Position numbers and translations under genes: made by a program. Positions 36,500-49,419 of a DNA stretch of 64,000 nucleotides are shown here, piece by piece. The notes under the pieces are model-generated. The model was not told the origin of the DNA. It saw nothing but the letters and a program-made list of their open reading frames with translations, and did no database searches. This DNA is from Rhodosorus marinus CCMP1338 (lineage: Eukaryota; Plantae; Rhodophyta). Location: the NCBI GenBank assembly GCA_029953675.1, contig JAMWBK010000004.1:1860001-1924000 (forward strand). Direction: 5' to 3'. The stretch's first letter is position 1; each line of letters starts with the position of its first letter.

Positions 36500-36800
36500 A
36501 GTCTCCGGAGAATCGTGCGGCACATTTTTTTTTGTTTTTTTTTCGTCCTCGCTGGGCATCTCTAGTCTCACGCAGCTTCTAAAAGAAGGATCCCCCTTTG
36601 AACAGCTAGACGCTTCGAGTACTGGTGGTCTGACTCAGCATCTGCTTGACCCGAATCGATTTCCTTGGTACCGACGTTCCGGAGAACGCCGCTGAAATGT
36701 TTTCCGGAGAATGCCCCTGAAGCATCCTGTCGGTGGCTTGCGAGGTCGGTCTGTACTCCCAAAGGATACTAAAAAATCACCGGAGACGCAGGCTATTTCC
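36500..36800 (-). mobile_element. Possible integrase core remnant
   Basis: QDASGAFSGKHFSGVLRNVGTKEIDSGQADAES resembles SDxGxxFxSxxFxxFLxxxGIxxxxSxxYxPQSNG. Weak. Confidence 0.3.
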
Positions 36801-39177
36801 AACCTTCGTATGCTCCCCTTTCAGAACAGCACATCTGTACAGTACAAAGCTCCACAGGCCGGAACCCAGGGATGACTAGTTTGAGACGCAGGAGTCCATA
36901 TGCGAGTTCTAACTGTTCTTCACTGAACGTACGGGACGTAAGGAAATGACAGTATTCATAGAAGAAACAGCGCTTCTATTCGTTAACGAATGCAAAAACC
37001 CAGTCCCTTCCCGCACAGCACTCTGCTACAATTCCGAATTGAGTGCCGTGCCTCTGCTGTCTCTCCAGATCTCAACGAATTCCAAGTTCGTCCCTTACAA
37101 AAATAATTTACAAAGGATCTTGTAAAGTTGTAACTAAATTGAAGAAACGCTGGATATTCTTATCTCAATATTACTCTATTTTTAAATTCACATGCGTTTT
37201 ATGCGTTTTTAATTCTTAGTAAATAGTTTATAATAATGTCGCTGCGGCCCCGAAATGGGTAAAAATCTATTGGGTTTGAACGTATTATATGATAAGAATA
37301 CATATTATAAAAATTAGTGCTCAGCGTCAAGCATAGCTGTGCCTGTGGTATAAGCAACTGCGGGAACGTCGACGAGACACATTTGCCGTAGTTCGTGCCT
37401 CCATGCACTCCAAACATTTGGAAACAAATATGGGCAGAGCTTGGCTGGGCCTGTCCAAAAAGCTGACGAGAGCCGAAGAAACTCCGATCGAGAGTCTGTG
37501 CTGCCGTGCTTCACCAAGTTGAGAGCCGCAGAGGAAAGCAGGCCGTCGATAAGAGCCGCGCAGATCTCCTTGTTGCGAGTCAAGCAATTTGAACTGGGTC
37601 ATAGGGATTCGTTACGGGCATCAAAAGAGGAAAGACTTTATACGGTACAGCTCTCGCTGAGCGGCTAATTACACGCACATGGGTAGAACCGTTTCAAGAC
37701 GTCTCAACCAGACCAAAACAACTCATTGCTCCAGATTCCGGTATTTCGATCGAACTGAACTGACACCCTTGAACAAACACAACGCTTTCTTTATCTATCT
37801 AGTCCCACCAAACGAAACCACAGAGCACAGTCTGGGTGATGCACCAAATCGGATCACCACGTCAATGACACACGCTCATTCGCCTGTCCACACACAGAAC
37901 AATCGCTCCGTCTTAAGACCTTTCAGCGACCCTATTATTCGTTCCTGCAGGTCGCACATGTCTACTCCGAAGCTACCTGTGATCGTGGGGATCTGTTCAC
38001 CCGCTTGTGGAGCAGCGAAACCCAGCACTCATTCACCAGCTAGATGAGAAAACAATGCTGGTTCGACTAACGATTAAAAGCATCATGCATGCGTTTGCAC
38101 AACCTTGCTGTCTACCCCGAATTCTATCAGTGATCGTGCCGAACGGTTCGGGTTGTCTTGGTGGAGCATCTGAAACGCAACGACGCTCACCCACACAGCG
38201 AAAGCTGAACAGCGTACGCCCTACTCCTAAAACGGTTATAGCCCATTCTACTTGTGTTTTATCCGTTTTGGGCTCAACACGACAACAAAAAAAAGGGGTC
38301 CTTGTTTCTCTTTTTGAGGTTGTGCCCCTTTTGACAAAGCACTTAACAGATTTCACATCAGAGACAACTTCAAAAAACAAAAACATAGCTTCTCACTGAG
38401 TAGTACGCACACAACAAGCTACCGATGAGCCTGACTTTTCTGTGTTTCCCTATTTCTGTCACGTGCGCTCAGTTTGGTACCTCGAGCTCAGCAAGAGCGG
38501 AACTGGAAAACCTGCTGACGGCGATAGATCAACAAGTTTCTGAAGCCTTGAAGATGCCACCTCGATCGGTTCTCATGAAACCTTTGACCGAACAAGCATT
38601 GTCGTGTTTCTGCATATGATCATCTTTGCCCTCTCTCTTTCGACCCTTAGGAATGAATTTGTTTTAATAGCCTTCTACTTCTCACCAGAACAAAAAAAGT
38701 CCATGAAAAAAGGCTCCAAAAACCCATACTCAACAAAACCAAACCGGAATTTCTTTCTAATGATGAGGAGGTGAACGTCAGGAAGTGGACTTTGGGAGTG
38801 TCAGGGGGTGTTTTTTAGTAGTCGTTGAATAGGAAATTTGAGATTTTTTGTTTTTTCGGTTTTGGGCGGGTGTGCGTATTTAGGCGCTTTTTTGAGGGTT
38901 GTTGACCAGAAGAGAATATCAGGAAAAAGGGATTTTGAGAGTCTGCTGTTGTTTTGGTGGTTATGTTCATTGTTGGGAGAAGAGAGGGAAGTGTGACTAT
39001 ATTAGTTTCTTTTGGGTTTGGGAGCTGTTAGAAGGAGTGAAAGGTCGGGGAGGGTGGGTGGGAGTGGGGTAGAATGCTTGGTGCTGTTGTGTTTGGTTTG
39101 GGAGAGTTTTAAGTTTGGTTAAGTGTTTTTTGTGGGGGGGGGGCGGGTTGGGTTAAGAGGAGGAAGGTTTTCGAAGG

Positions 39178-40637
39178 ATGACGGACCGTCTTGCTGAGTT
39201 GAAACAGGTGAGAGAGGACTGGTTTTTGGTTTTGCTCTGTGTTCTTTTGTTGGTGGGTGGAGGGTGCTTCTTAACAGGGCTGAATTTTTTTAATTATTTT
39301 TTTGGTTTTGGTTTGGTGATGGTTAGGATGCAGAACCTGAGGTTGCCGCGGGGTCTTATGACGACGTGGATGAGGAGGCTGAGGTTGAGCAGTCGGAGAT
39401 GTTGAAGAAGTTTAACCGCGAAGTAAGCTGTATTCTGTTTTGAGGTCCAAATCTCCTTTAGTTGGCTGGGAGAGCTTTCATCAGCTGGATTCTTGGAATC
39501 TGACATTCGTTCGCTCGGTTTTCGATGATAGGCTGAGGCTATAGACACTGCTCTGGACAAAATCGATGCTTCTGTCCAGTACCTCGATCAGCAGGCCGAA
39601 ACTGGGGAACTTGAGGAAGCGAAAGCTCAGCATGTACTGGCCCAATGCAAGACGAAATGCGAAGCGGTCAGAGCTCGATTGAAAAGGATAGCCGATGAGA
39701 ACAAGGATCTGAAAGAGAGGGTCCTGAGTGGAGACGAGAGTCTCTCCGCTGGGGAAGTTCAGATCAGGATTCAACAGAGTCAAAAGCTCGCGGAGAAGTT
39801 CAGGGATACCACTCGATCACTTGAAGCTGGAGATGAGCAGCAGACGCAGAGATCTACTGCAGCTATCTATAGTAAGCCATTCCCTGTGCTCGGAGCTAGC
39901 GCCTTCAAATTTCGAAGGCTTGCTGTCTAACCGAAGCGGGGTTGCTTTGTCTAAACCTTAGGCGAAATTAGGGATGTTAATCCGGACGCGACAGACGAGG
40001 AAATCAAGGAAGCGATCGAGGCCAACGATTTCCGAGCCATCCTCGGATCTGAGCAGGTCACAATGCAGAAGACTGAGCTCGCACAGAGGGTGGAGGAACT
40101 CCAAGAGGTACTGCGCTGCCCCGTTCCGTGAAGGGATGCCGCGAAGTAGTTCTCCGACAGGCCTATGCAAGGCAAAGGCTCAGATAGACTAACTTCCTTG
40201 TCATTCTCCATCGGCAATGATCAGAGAAATACTGCTTTGCAATCGCTTGAGCAAGACGTTGTCCAACTTCACCAGATGTTTATGGATATGCAGATTCTTG
40301 TGGAGAACCAGGGAGAGCTGCTGAACCAGATCGACTACAACGTGCAAAAGGTAATCATGAACGGAAGCCTGCCCAAGCGGGAACGGATTTCCCCATCACA
40401 ACCCTCCGAAAGGCTCTTTTTTGTCTCACAACAAATCCCATCCTTTTTTGGTGGTTTTCCTTCCGTAACATCCAGACAAAGCACAATGCCGAGGTCGCTG
40501 TCGAAGAGATTGAGGAAGCGAGGAGGCTTCAGCTTTCAGCTCGAAAGAAGAAGATGTGCATTGTCATTATCGTCGTGGTCATCTGCCTCGCTATTTTGTT
40601 CGCGATTTTGGGTCCGCTTGTTTTCAACCAGTCTTAG
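39178..40637 (+). CDS. Plasma-membrane-type Qa-SNARE (syntaxin 1/SYP1-like)
   Basis: MTDRLAELK N-peptide, Habc helices, VNPDATDEEI, SNARE motif LEQDVVQLHQMFMDMQILVENQGELLNQIDYNV, C-terminal TM KKMCIVIIVVVICLAILFAILGP. Confidence 0.93.
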
Positions 40638-41521
40638 CCCCCTCTCGTCGCTGCCACAACATCAAGTTTCGACCAGGAGACCAACACTCAGCAGCCTCGA
40701 TCGATCGTATTATAATTCTCCACTTTTGTTTTTCTGTTTTCGTCTTTTCGCTCTTTCGGAGTTTTTCCTAGTCTTTCCTAGTCTTTCCTTCTCTGATACC
40801 AGCAGACAGAGAGACTTTCGAAAGCCCAGGAGAGAATAGAAATAGTACAGCGCTAGGAAAAAAAAGCCCTGTGGGTTTTGAAAGTTTGATATCTCAGAGG
40901 AAGCGAGTGGGTGCGTGGTTTTTAGCTAAGGAGAAGAGCGGTTACCAGGAGGTTTTCACAGCTCATACACATACGCACATCAGCTTGCTTCCGTGTTGGA
41001 ATAAATTAATCCAGCAGCCAAAAAAAGTGTTTTCCGGATTATCCGCTTTTGGCTTTTGGTTTCTTTTCTCTCTAAAGTGCTGGTTCAACTTGTTCAAGCA
41101 GATGCTTGAGGAAGTAACCGATTTTGGTTTGGTGCTGGGTATACACTCCGAGAAGGGATAAAGCAGAGGATAGCTCAGTTCTTGTTCCTGGGGCATGGAG
41201 GATGATGCCACCTTGCAGATAGACGATGGGCTTGGACTAATCTATCAGAGCCGGCGCGAGAATCCGGTCTTGTTCGAGCTTGGAACCATTCTTGATAACT
41301 TGATATACAAATATCGAAGGCTGGAGGCTCTGAGGTTCCACAGTCTTCGTCGACGCGAGATTTGGCTTCTTGGGTACACCTCAGCAAGACCATCTTCGCC
41401 AAAAAGCGCGGCAGAATCTAGAGCCGCTATTTATTATTTCCTCGTTATGACCTTACCAAACGATCTCAATGAACGCTTTTGTAGTTTCCTCTAACTTCCT
41501 TTATATCACAATGCCTCAGCC

Positions 41522-42256
41522 TTAAGTCTTCGGCTTCTCCTTCTTCTCCTTGAAGAGCGCGAGAAGTGAGACACCCGCGACCTTCACGACCTTGAATCGT
41601 ACTCCGGGGATATCTCCCACGGAGTGTCCCTTACGACCGAATCCGGCAAGAAGCACCTCATCCTGTATGGAAGAACAAAACCGCGTCAGGTTTCTTAGAC
41701 ACGAGCAATTTGTGTAAGGTGGTAGTGTTCTGTTGCTTACGTTGTCGTCAATGTGATTAAGAGAACCATCCCTCGGAACGAACGCTGCGATCTTCTTTCC
41801 GTTCTTGATCAACTGAACTCGAACAGACTTACGGATGGCAGAGTTAGGCTGCTTGGCCTCAATACCAATTCTCTCCACCACAATTCCTAACGACATCCGA
41901 GCAAATAGCAGAATGAACATCAACACCGGACAAAACCAGAAAACACACTAGCACACACACTAGTCGCTAATGCCTCACAGTCCCACTCCACTTACCCTTC
42001 GCGTGAGACGCCCCAGCGAACGGATTCGCCTTCATGGCCGACGCCGAATGCTTCCTGGCATACCTCTTGTTATGCCACTTCTGATCCCGACGATGATTCC
42101 TCAGTTTGCGCGCAGAGCGCATACCCCTCGGCTTACTACAAAAGACACACAACGTACAATTCAGAACCAGAGAAGCCTAAATCCAAAACAAAAAGTACAG
42201 AAACCCCCCCCCCGAGAATGATTCCAGCAAAATAACTAAACTTACCAAGAACCCAT
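41522..42256 (-). CDS. RPS23: 40S ribosomal protein S23 (uS12), 4 exons
   Basis: [77 protein letters not shown]. The 11-nt first coding exon ends at a GTAAGT donor. Confidence 0.97.
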
Positions 42257-42892
42257 CTTGATCCTAGAAGATAAAAACAAACAAACACTCACACACAAAC
42301 TCCCAAAAAAGATCCGGGCTCAATACTCCCCTTTACTCCCTCCCAACTCTTCCCCACCCTCTCCAAACCTAATGCCTCTTCCCAACTTCCTCGTTCCCTT
42401 CCTCACCGAAAAAAACTCCCAAAAAATTTCCCAAACAAGCAAGTTTCCCGTCGTCCCTCGAAATCCACTCTTCTAAAAAGAAATACAATTACTTTTGGCC
42501 ATGTTGTGGTCAGACCGCCGTGATTTCGGCGGTCACGACTGAAGCTGCCATAAAATTCAATAAATACAATATTTTATTAAGCGAATGATGTTTATACACG
42601 CGGCCTTATTTTTTTTCAGAGTGACGCGTGTTTGTTTTTGCTGGGTAAATAGAAATTGTAAGTAGAGTATGATTGGTTAGAAGTTTATGTTTTTGGAAAT
42701 AGTTTTGAGGGATTGATGTGGGAGGGCAGGGGGCGGGGTTTGTTTATGGTTGTTGAAGTGAGAGGATTGGATGGTGGTGGAGGAGATTTGTTTTAGAGAG
42801 CACGGTTCTTACAAATCTTTACAAAGTCTATATTAGTTGATAGTTGTCTTTCCCGCGCTTCGATAGGCTTCTTCAGCATCTTCTTTGTCCAG

Positions 42893-45800
42893 TTAGTCCT
42901 CCCAAGCCTGGTCGGGGTCAGACATGTCGGGGGCAGAGAAGTTGCCTCCGTCTGGTGAGCTCAGAGGTACGTCCTCCATTTCTGGGTTCACTAGACCGCT
43001 AGCATCTCCTTCCAGAGGTGCGACACCGTCCTCCGCGTCTCCCTTCAAGTCCGGGTCGCTTTGTTCCAGACTTGCAGCGGCTGCCCCTGAGGTTGGAGTC
43101 TGATCAACATCATCCATGGCGGATGCTCCATCCCTGGCTTCGCCTAATTGGCCCATTTCGCTATCAGACCCAAGTCCGTCTACTACATTGTCTTCAGTAA
43201 ACTCCTCTCCACTTTCATCGTCGTTCATCCGGAGATCCGGTTCGTCCTCTCCTGCTCCCTCAATCTCGTCGATTTCTTCTTCAATCTGTTCATCATCAAC
43301 GTCGCCATCCTCAATTTGTGCACCGGCAATATCTTCTGCAATATCTACACCACCTACTTCCTCCTCAACGATCTGTTCATCGTCAATTCCGTCATCAGCG
43401 CTCTGTTCAATGTCCATTCCATCCTGGTTGATCGACTCTTCGCCGGCGAGCAGCTCGTTGATACTTTCCTGTGCATCTCCTTCATCATTCTCGTTGTCAT
43501 TCTCATCGGCTTCATATTCAGATCCTTCTCCGTCCTGGTTCTCGCCGGCAACCGCTTTCTCGGCTAGTTGCAAATCAGTTCCACTGGCGTCCATCTCCTC
43601 TCCGATCTGCTCGCTCCCGGAGCCCACTTCTTCGTCCGCAAACTCTCCCGTCTCCATTTCGTCAACCTCACCACCAGCGCTATTACTGTCAAGTTCTTTG
43701 ACCACGGGTTCGTCTACGTCATCCTCTCCGACAACGTTCTCATCTTCCAGCTCAATCTCCTCCTCTAGCTCGATCTCCTCAACATCTTCTTCAGCGTCCA
43801 TATCCTCTTGGTCTTCGTCAGGCGCTTCTTCATCTTCGTCTTCGTCCTGCTCATCCTCGTCTTCCTCAGCAACCTCCTCCACCTCTTCAACTTCTTCGAC
43901 CTCCTCAACTTCCTCAACTTCGCCTGGCTCTGATTCACTCTCTCCGTCTTCCGCTTGCTTCTCTGCAATCTCTCCTTCTTCTGCATCGCCAGCTGAGCGT
44001 TGCTTTCTGGAAATTCCGCTCGCAAAGAAAGCAGGGCTCTCGGCCTTGTCTCCCAGGAACGGCTTCTTCGAGGCTGGGTCCAAATCCGAGTCCTCCGCGC
44101 TCAGGTCGGCCCCAACAGACACCTGAGATTTGGATAGAGTCTCCGGCCTCGATCTCTTTAGAGATTTCGACCCCGAGAAGTCTCCCCCTTCAACGTCGTT
44201 GTCTGAGTTTGACACCGGAACTGACCCATTACCATCTTCTGCTACTTCGCCATCACTCTCGACGAGCGTCTTCGTTTTCTTCAACCCCTTCTTGCGGCCA
44301 TTGTCATCAGTCTTCTGCTCGATGGTCTTGTCTTCGTCCTCTTCGGCAGCATCACCACCCTCGAGCCTCCGCAAGTACTGGGCATCAGTTAACCTGCAAG
44401 GTGTAGAGAACTCGTCACTCAACCACGTTGAACTTCCGACAACACGGAGGTCCGCTTGAACCTTTTCCGGACGATTGCATACCTATCAATATCGTACAAG
44501 TGCTTCTTCGCTGCTGCACGCCTAGGACCGAGCTCCTCAAGAACCTGATCTGCGCTAAATTGATCAGGTTTTCTGATCAGGTCAGGGTCAATATCAGTGA
44601 GCCAGTCCGGCAGCTCTTCTGCTTCCATCAAGCTTGATTGATTGTTGATCTCGATTTTTCTCTCGTCATCCACCTGCTTGAACACTTCGATTTCATGCTC
44701 TCCTCGGGACAGTATCTGGTTCAGTTCCTCTGGAGTGGGAAGCTCTTCTTTATCCTGGTCTTCACCATCGTCCTGCTCGCGCAGCAGATCCCGCAACCGA
44801 GCTTGCCTCTCGGAGTCCTGGAGAGCTCACTTGTGTTAGGACCGAAACTAATTCACTGTAGCGCTGTTCACGCACAGTTTACCTTGGACTTCTCGTCAAA
44901 CATTCCAGCCTCGACAATCTTCTGCTCGAGCCCACGCTTATAGTTTGCCCTGTCCAGGACGTTTTGCTCCACAGAGTTTGCAGTTATGAACCTCAGAATT
45001 CGTACTTCGCGTTGCTGTCCTATTCGATGCGCTCGGTCTGCTGCCTGGAGGTCAGCTTGAGGATTCCAATCGCTGTCGAAAATGATGACGGTGTCTGCGG
45101 TTTGCAGGTTAACACCCAGACCGCCGGCGCGGGTCGTAAGCAAGAACACATGATACTTTGTTTCTGGACCGTTAAACTCCTTGACAAGCGCGCTTCTTTC
45201 TTCCGGCTTCGTGTTTCCATCGAGTCTCAAGAAAGGAATGTCGCGATACCGCAATAAGCGCTCCTGCGGGGCCAAGAGCAACGTGAGGTGTGAGTTCTTT
45301 AGGGAGAGCGTCCTAAGGTTCACCGCTCGCAACATGTTCCAGTGGAATACCAACCTGTAAGTCCACGACTTTGACCATCTGGTTGAACACGAGGACTCGG
45401 TGGTCGGTCTTAAGAAGCTTGAGAATGCATGCGTCTAGCATATTGAACTTTCCGGAAGATCGCCAGAGCTCGGGGCCGTCGTCCACATTATACGAATACT
45501 CCACGTGAAACAGGTACGGATGATTCACAATCTTCCTCATTTGCATGGCGGGGTTCGACAACTTATCATAGCAAGTCTTCCCCTGCTCGTTCGTAAACAG
45601 CACTCGTTCCTGCTTCACAATACGAGCATAAGTGTGCTGCTGCCAAGCGGACATGTCGCAGAGGATGATATCCTCTTGTTTGGTAGGTAACTGCTCTCCC
45701 ATTTTCAAAACGTCCGATTTCAACCGCCGTAGCACGAAAGGCTGAAGTACTTGGTGGAGACGACGGATGATGAGAAGAGACTCCTCCTCGGATAAAATCT

Positions 45801-47628
45801 GGTTTGATTGCTGCTCCCCTTCCGGCATGTTCTCGAAGGGAGCCGAAAACCAAGTTTCAAAAGTATCACAACTCTTAAACACTTTTGGAAGAAGGAAGTT
45901 CAGAAGAGCCCATAATTCGCCCAGAGAGTTCTGCAGGGGTGTTCCAGTCAAAAGAAGCCGGTTTCTGCTCGTGTACTGCTGCGCTAGGATCGTGCTCAAC
46001 TTAGACTCATGATTCTTAATACGGTGCCCCTCATCTATAATAATATACTGCCAGCTGATCTGGCCCAGTGAGCCCTTTCCACGCAGGACGTACTCGAAGG
46101 TTGCCAAGCAAACGTTCACGGTGTTCTTCTGCAAATGGTTCTCGTAGAGAGTGCGCCGATGCTTCTTGTCTCCTGCATACACAATGTACTGAAGCTTTGG
46201 TGCCCATCTATCAAATTCAGATTCCCAGTTGTTCATCGTGGAAAGCGGGACTATGATTAGATACGGCCCAGGATTCTGCTTCTTCTCCACAAGATGACAT
46301 ATCAACGCAATGGTCTGCACGGTCTTGCCTAGACCCATCTCGTCAGCAAGAATGCCGTTCAGGCGATTGTTGTAGAGGGAAACCATCCACTGAAGCCCCT
46401 CCCGCTGATATTGTTTGAGTGTTCCAAATTCCAAGATCGTTGGCTGGTCTGTGACCGTTTCCGCCCTCGCGTGTGCGATTTCTTTGTACTTCCTGCTATC
46501 GTCATCCATCTCATCTTCATCCACTGCATCCCCACTCTCAAGTCGTTCATCTTTAAGCGTTTTGCTGAGCTCTTTCAGATACGAGTCAGTCTGACTCAGA
46601 ACCTCTAACAATCTTGCGTTCTTCGTTTCTCGTACTAACTCCAAGTAGCCCTCCTCGTCATTCTCCCTAAGCATTTGGATACGTTTCTTCTCCGCTTCCC
46701 GCTCCGCACGATCGGCAATTCTGGCAACATCGTCATGGTGCTTCATTACTCCACGGTTTACGTTCCTGATTTGTCGCCGGGTAGAGTCCCTATACCTCGT
46801 GAAGCCAGTAATGTGATTGTTCAGCGCATTAATCCACTTAGCCTTCGCATGCCTTCTCTCAGCCTCCTCTTGCTCGAGAAGCTTCGTTCGTGTTCGGTCC
46901 ACCCGTTCCAACTCCCTTTGAAGCGTTCGAAGTGCCCTTTCTCTGTTTCGACTACCGAACCTCCCGTCCCTGTCCGCCAGGGCATGCTCGGTGTGTATCC
47001 TTGCGCGGAGGGCGCGTTGCTTGCTAAGCATATCCACAGAAATGTGTTCCAGGAGAGGTGTTGAATTGGATTTCGGATCACGACCTCTGCTTGCGTAGTC
47101 CTCCAACATGTTCTGTCTCTCCTCTAGAAGAAGCGATGAATCGATGGCAGTGGGTTTCCATTGGGAAGGATCTGGCCTACGAACGGGTATCCGCGCATCC
47201 GCGGGTAGGAGGAAGGGGTTCTCTTGGGCTCCCGTAGTGCCTTGGTCTTTTGCTCCAGGCCTTTCAGCTTTGACATGCCGGGGCTTTCCAATTGTTAACC
47301 CCAGTTCCATTGCCTCAACGAGCTTCTGCGGCATGGGTTGTCTGGCCTTAAGAATCTGATAGATAATCATCTGAAGCTTGATAGCGTGGGCCTGAGCAAA
47401 CGTAAGATTTGACCCCGGAACAGGTCGCGTATGCGCTCGAAGAAGTCGAAGGAGGGTCCGAAATCGAGGATCCTGTAGTGCCCTTTTGTCACCCCATCGA
47501 GCTCGAAGTTCCTTGATTAGGGCCAAAATGTTCATTATCTGCATCCCTTTCAGCGGTATCCGTCTCCGAGCAGCCACCCTGCCGCTGGGACCTCCGGTTT
47601 TCGGAGCACCCACGCGTTCCGCGTTCAT
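42893..47628 (-). CDS. SNF2: SNF2/BRM/SMARCA2-4-type SWI/SNF ATPase (QLQ-HSA-ATPase-SnAC) with a long acidic tail and no bromodomain; 5' exon uncertain
   Basis: [26 protein letters not shown]; [22 protein letters not shown]; [67 protein letters not shown]; Sn[19 protein letters not shown]; [11 protein letters not shown] after intron 44482-44394. Confidence 0.93.
43871..43922 (-). repeat. Coding 9-bp repeat (EVE/EEV)n in the SNF2 acidic tail
   Basis: Translates as [17 protein letters not shown]. Confidence 0.8.
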
Positions 47629-49014
47629 CTCTTCAACGCTTGCAGAACTAAGACCCCTTTACCCACCAAACAACACTCCACAAAATCAGCACAAGCCCTA
47701 CAGAGCTAGGGACAACAACCCATTCTGACTTCTCCACTCTCCAGACAAAGATTAAAAAAAACAGTTTCCTCAACCAGTACTTCAAACTTTCAATACAAGC
47801 GGTACAGGCTTCCTCTCCCAAAGCGGATTTTCTTCCACACCAACCCCAGAGAGACCAACAACCAGAAACCCAAACTACCCGCAGGCCTACGCTCCAGAGG
47901 AAACAGAACCCTTGACCGAAAACTTGCGAAAAAAAACAAAAAAAAAGAACCGCAAGTCTGCTACTGCTTTGCTTGGATGACGATCACTCCTAACGTCCAG
48001 GCTTTGCTCTTCCCTGCTTACTCCCAACTCAGACCTCACCCACATCCCCCTTCCCTTTCCCCACACATCCAGTCTTATAAATGCCAAAGTCAACCTTTAA
48101 TCCTCAGCTAATGAGACGAGATCTGGTGGTTTTGTACTAGCACCAGCAAAACCAATTCAAACATACAAAAAAGGATATTAGTAATTGGTTCGAACGTACG
48201 AAGCAAACCTTTTTTTTAAAACCGACCAGATTTCTAAACTATGATTTTATGATTTCTAAATAAGCCATATGTTTGTTTTTTATTCTCATTATAAGAAATA
48301 ATTTCATAATCAGAGCAATTGATCTTAAATTGTGATATCCTTTTTTTGCCGGGTAAATTGAAGTGGAAGTTTTATTAATAATATGGTGCCATATAACCAA
48401 TGAAGGTCGAATTTCTGTAATATATTCAATTATAATATGACGCGTGGTTTCTATATCCAATGGTAGAGGATAAAATTATCTTATTTCGTAAAGTTTTGAG
48501 GGATACGAGCGTCGATTTTTCCTTTTGTTGGAAGCGGTTTTCAGGATGCGCTCGGGCTTGGGCAGGTGTTCAGAACCCCGGAGAGATCTAGAGCTTCAAA
48601 TGGCGCCGGAGAAAGCGAAAAATCCCGCAAATCCTCTGTCACGATTGAACTGACCTCGCTCAGCATAGTGATGCTACCAGCTTCAGCGTCCCAGACCGAA
48701 AACTGAACCTAACAGGATTTGCCCACGCGGATTGGTCACCGCGTTCAAGCCACCAAAGCGATCTCTTAATTTCCTGGTCTTTCCTTCAAGAATACTGAGT
48801 ATCCACTGAAGTCTGCGACGTAGCTTGCTCGCTGTCCAGTACTGAAACTTTCTAGCGTCCAGCATTGGACGTGCACCACTGTGACCTGCTTCGGAAACGC
48901 TAGGCGGCTGGAAAGTGGGCCATTCAGACGACATTTTCAAAAAATCAGAAGTCAAACTGCCACAGACTGCCGCACTGGCACCGGACACCACTAAGTAAAC
49001 GCAAGAGGCCAACG

Positions 49015-49377
49015 TTGACTATCGTTCGCATCGCTTTCACTTGGGAGTGTGGCCGTATCGTTTCAGAGTCATCTGAAGGTGCAAAGCTACGCATGAAGCG
49101 GGAAGATGGTAAACAGTACGAATGCTTTTGCGAGCTAATCCAGCGCGTTAGCGTGATTCGATTGGATCTGCGCAGAAATTTGACGCTGCTGGAGTATGGG
49201 ATTGGGATACGTATGTGGACCTCCTCGGTTGACAAGTTGAAAGCCGTCAGGATGAGCTGTGAGATGGCAATGAATTTGTTACGAGAAGCAGCAATGTTTG
49301 TACAGTTGAAGGTATCTGAGAGCGTCTCTCGCATGGACGCGGAGAGGATTAGGAGGGTGCTGGGAAATGATTTGTAG
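49015..49377 (+). CDS. Hypothetical protein, probable last exon (upstream exons from about 48546 unresolved)
   Basis: 120-codon protein-like frame with an acceptor-like TTTCAG at about 49065. No known domain. Confidence 0.3.
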   Translation: MTIVRIAFTWECGRIVSESSEGAKLRMKREDGKQYECFCELIQRVSVIRLDLRRNLTLLEYGIGIRMWTSSVDKLKAVRMSCEMAMNLLREAAMFVQLKVSESVSRMDAERIRRVLGNDL

Positions 49378-49419
49378 TCGAGTGCTGAGGACTGTGTTCA
49401 AGATTGGCTCCAACGCACC

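Noticed and set aside
36900-38620. Several overlapping ORFs on both strands
   Set aside because: No consistent gene model or motif; a gene may exist but cannot be supported.
40870-41500. ORFs between syntaxin and RPS23
   Set aside because: Probably convergent 3' UTR sequence; no motifs.
43116-44126. 336-aa Ser-rich ORF on the + strand
   Set aside because: Antisense shadow of the GAR/GAY-rich acidic SNF2 tail; no independent evidence.
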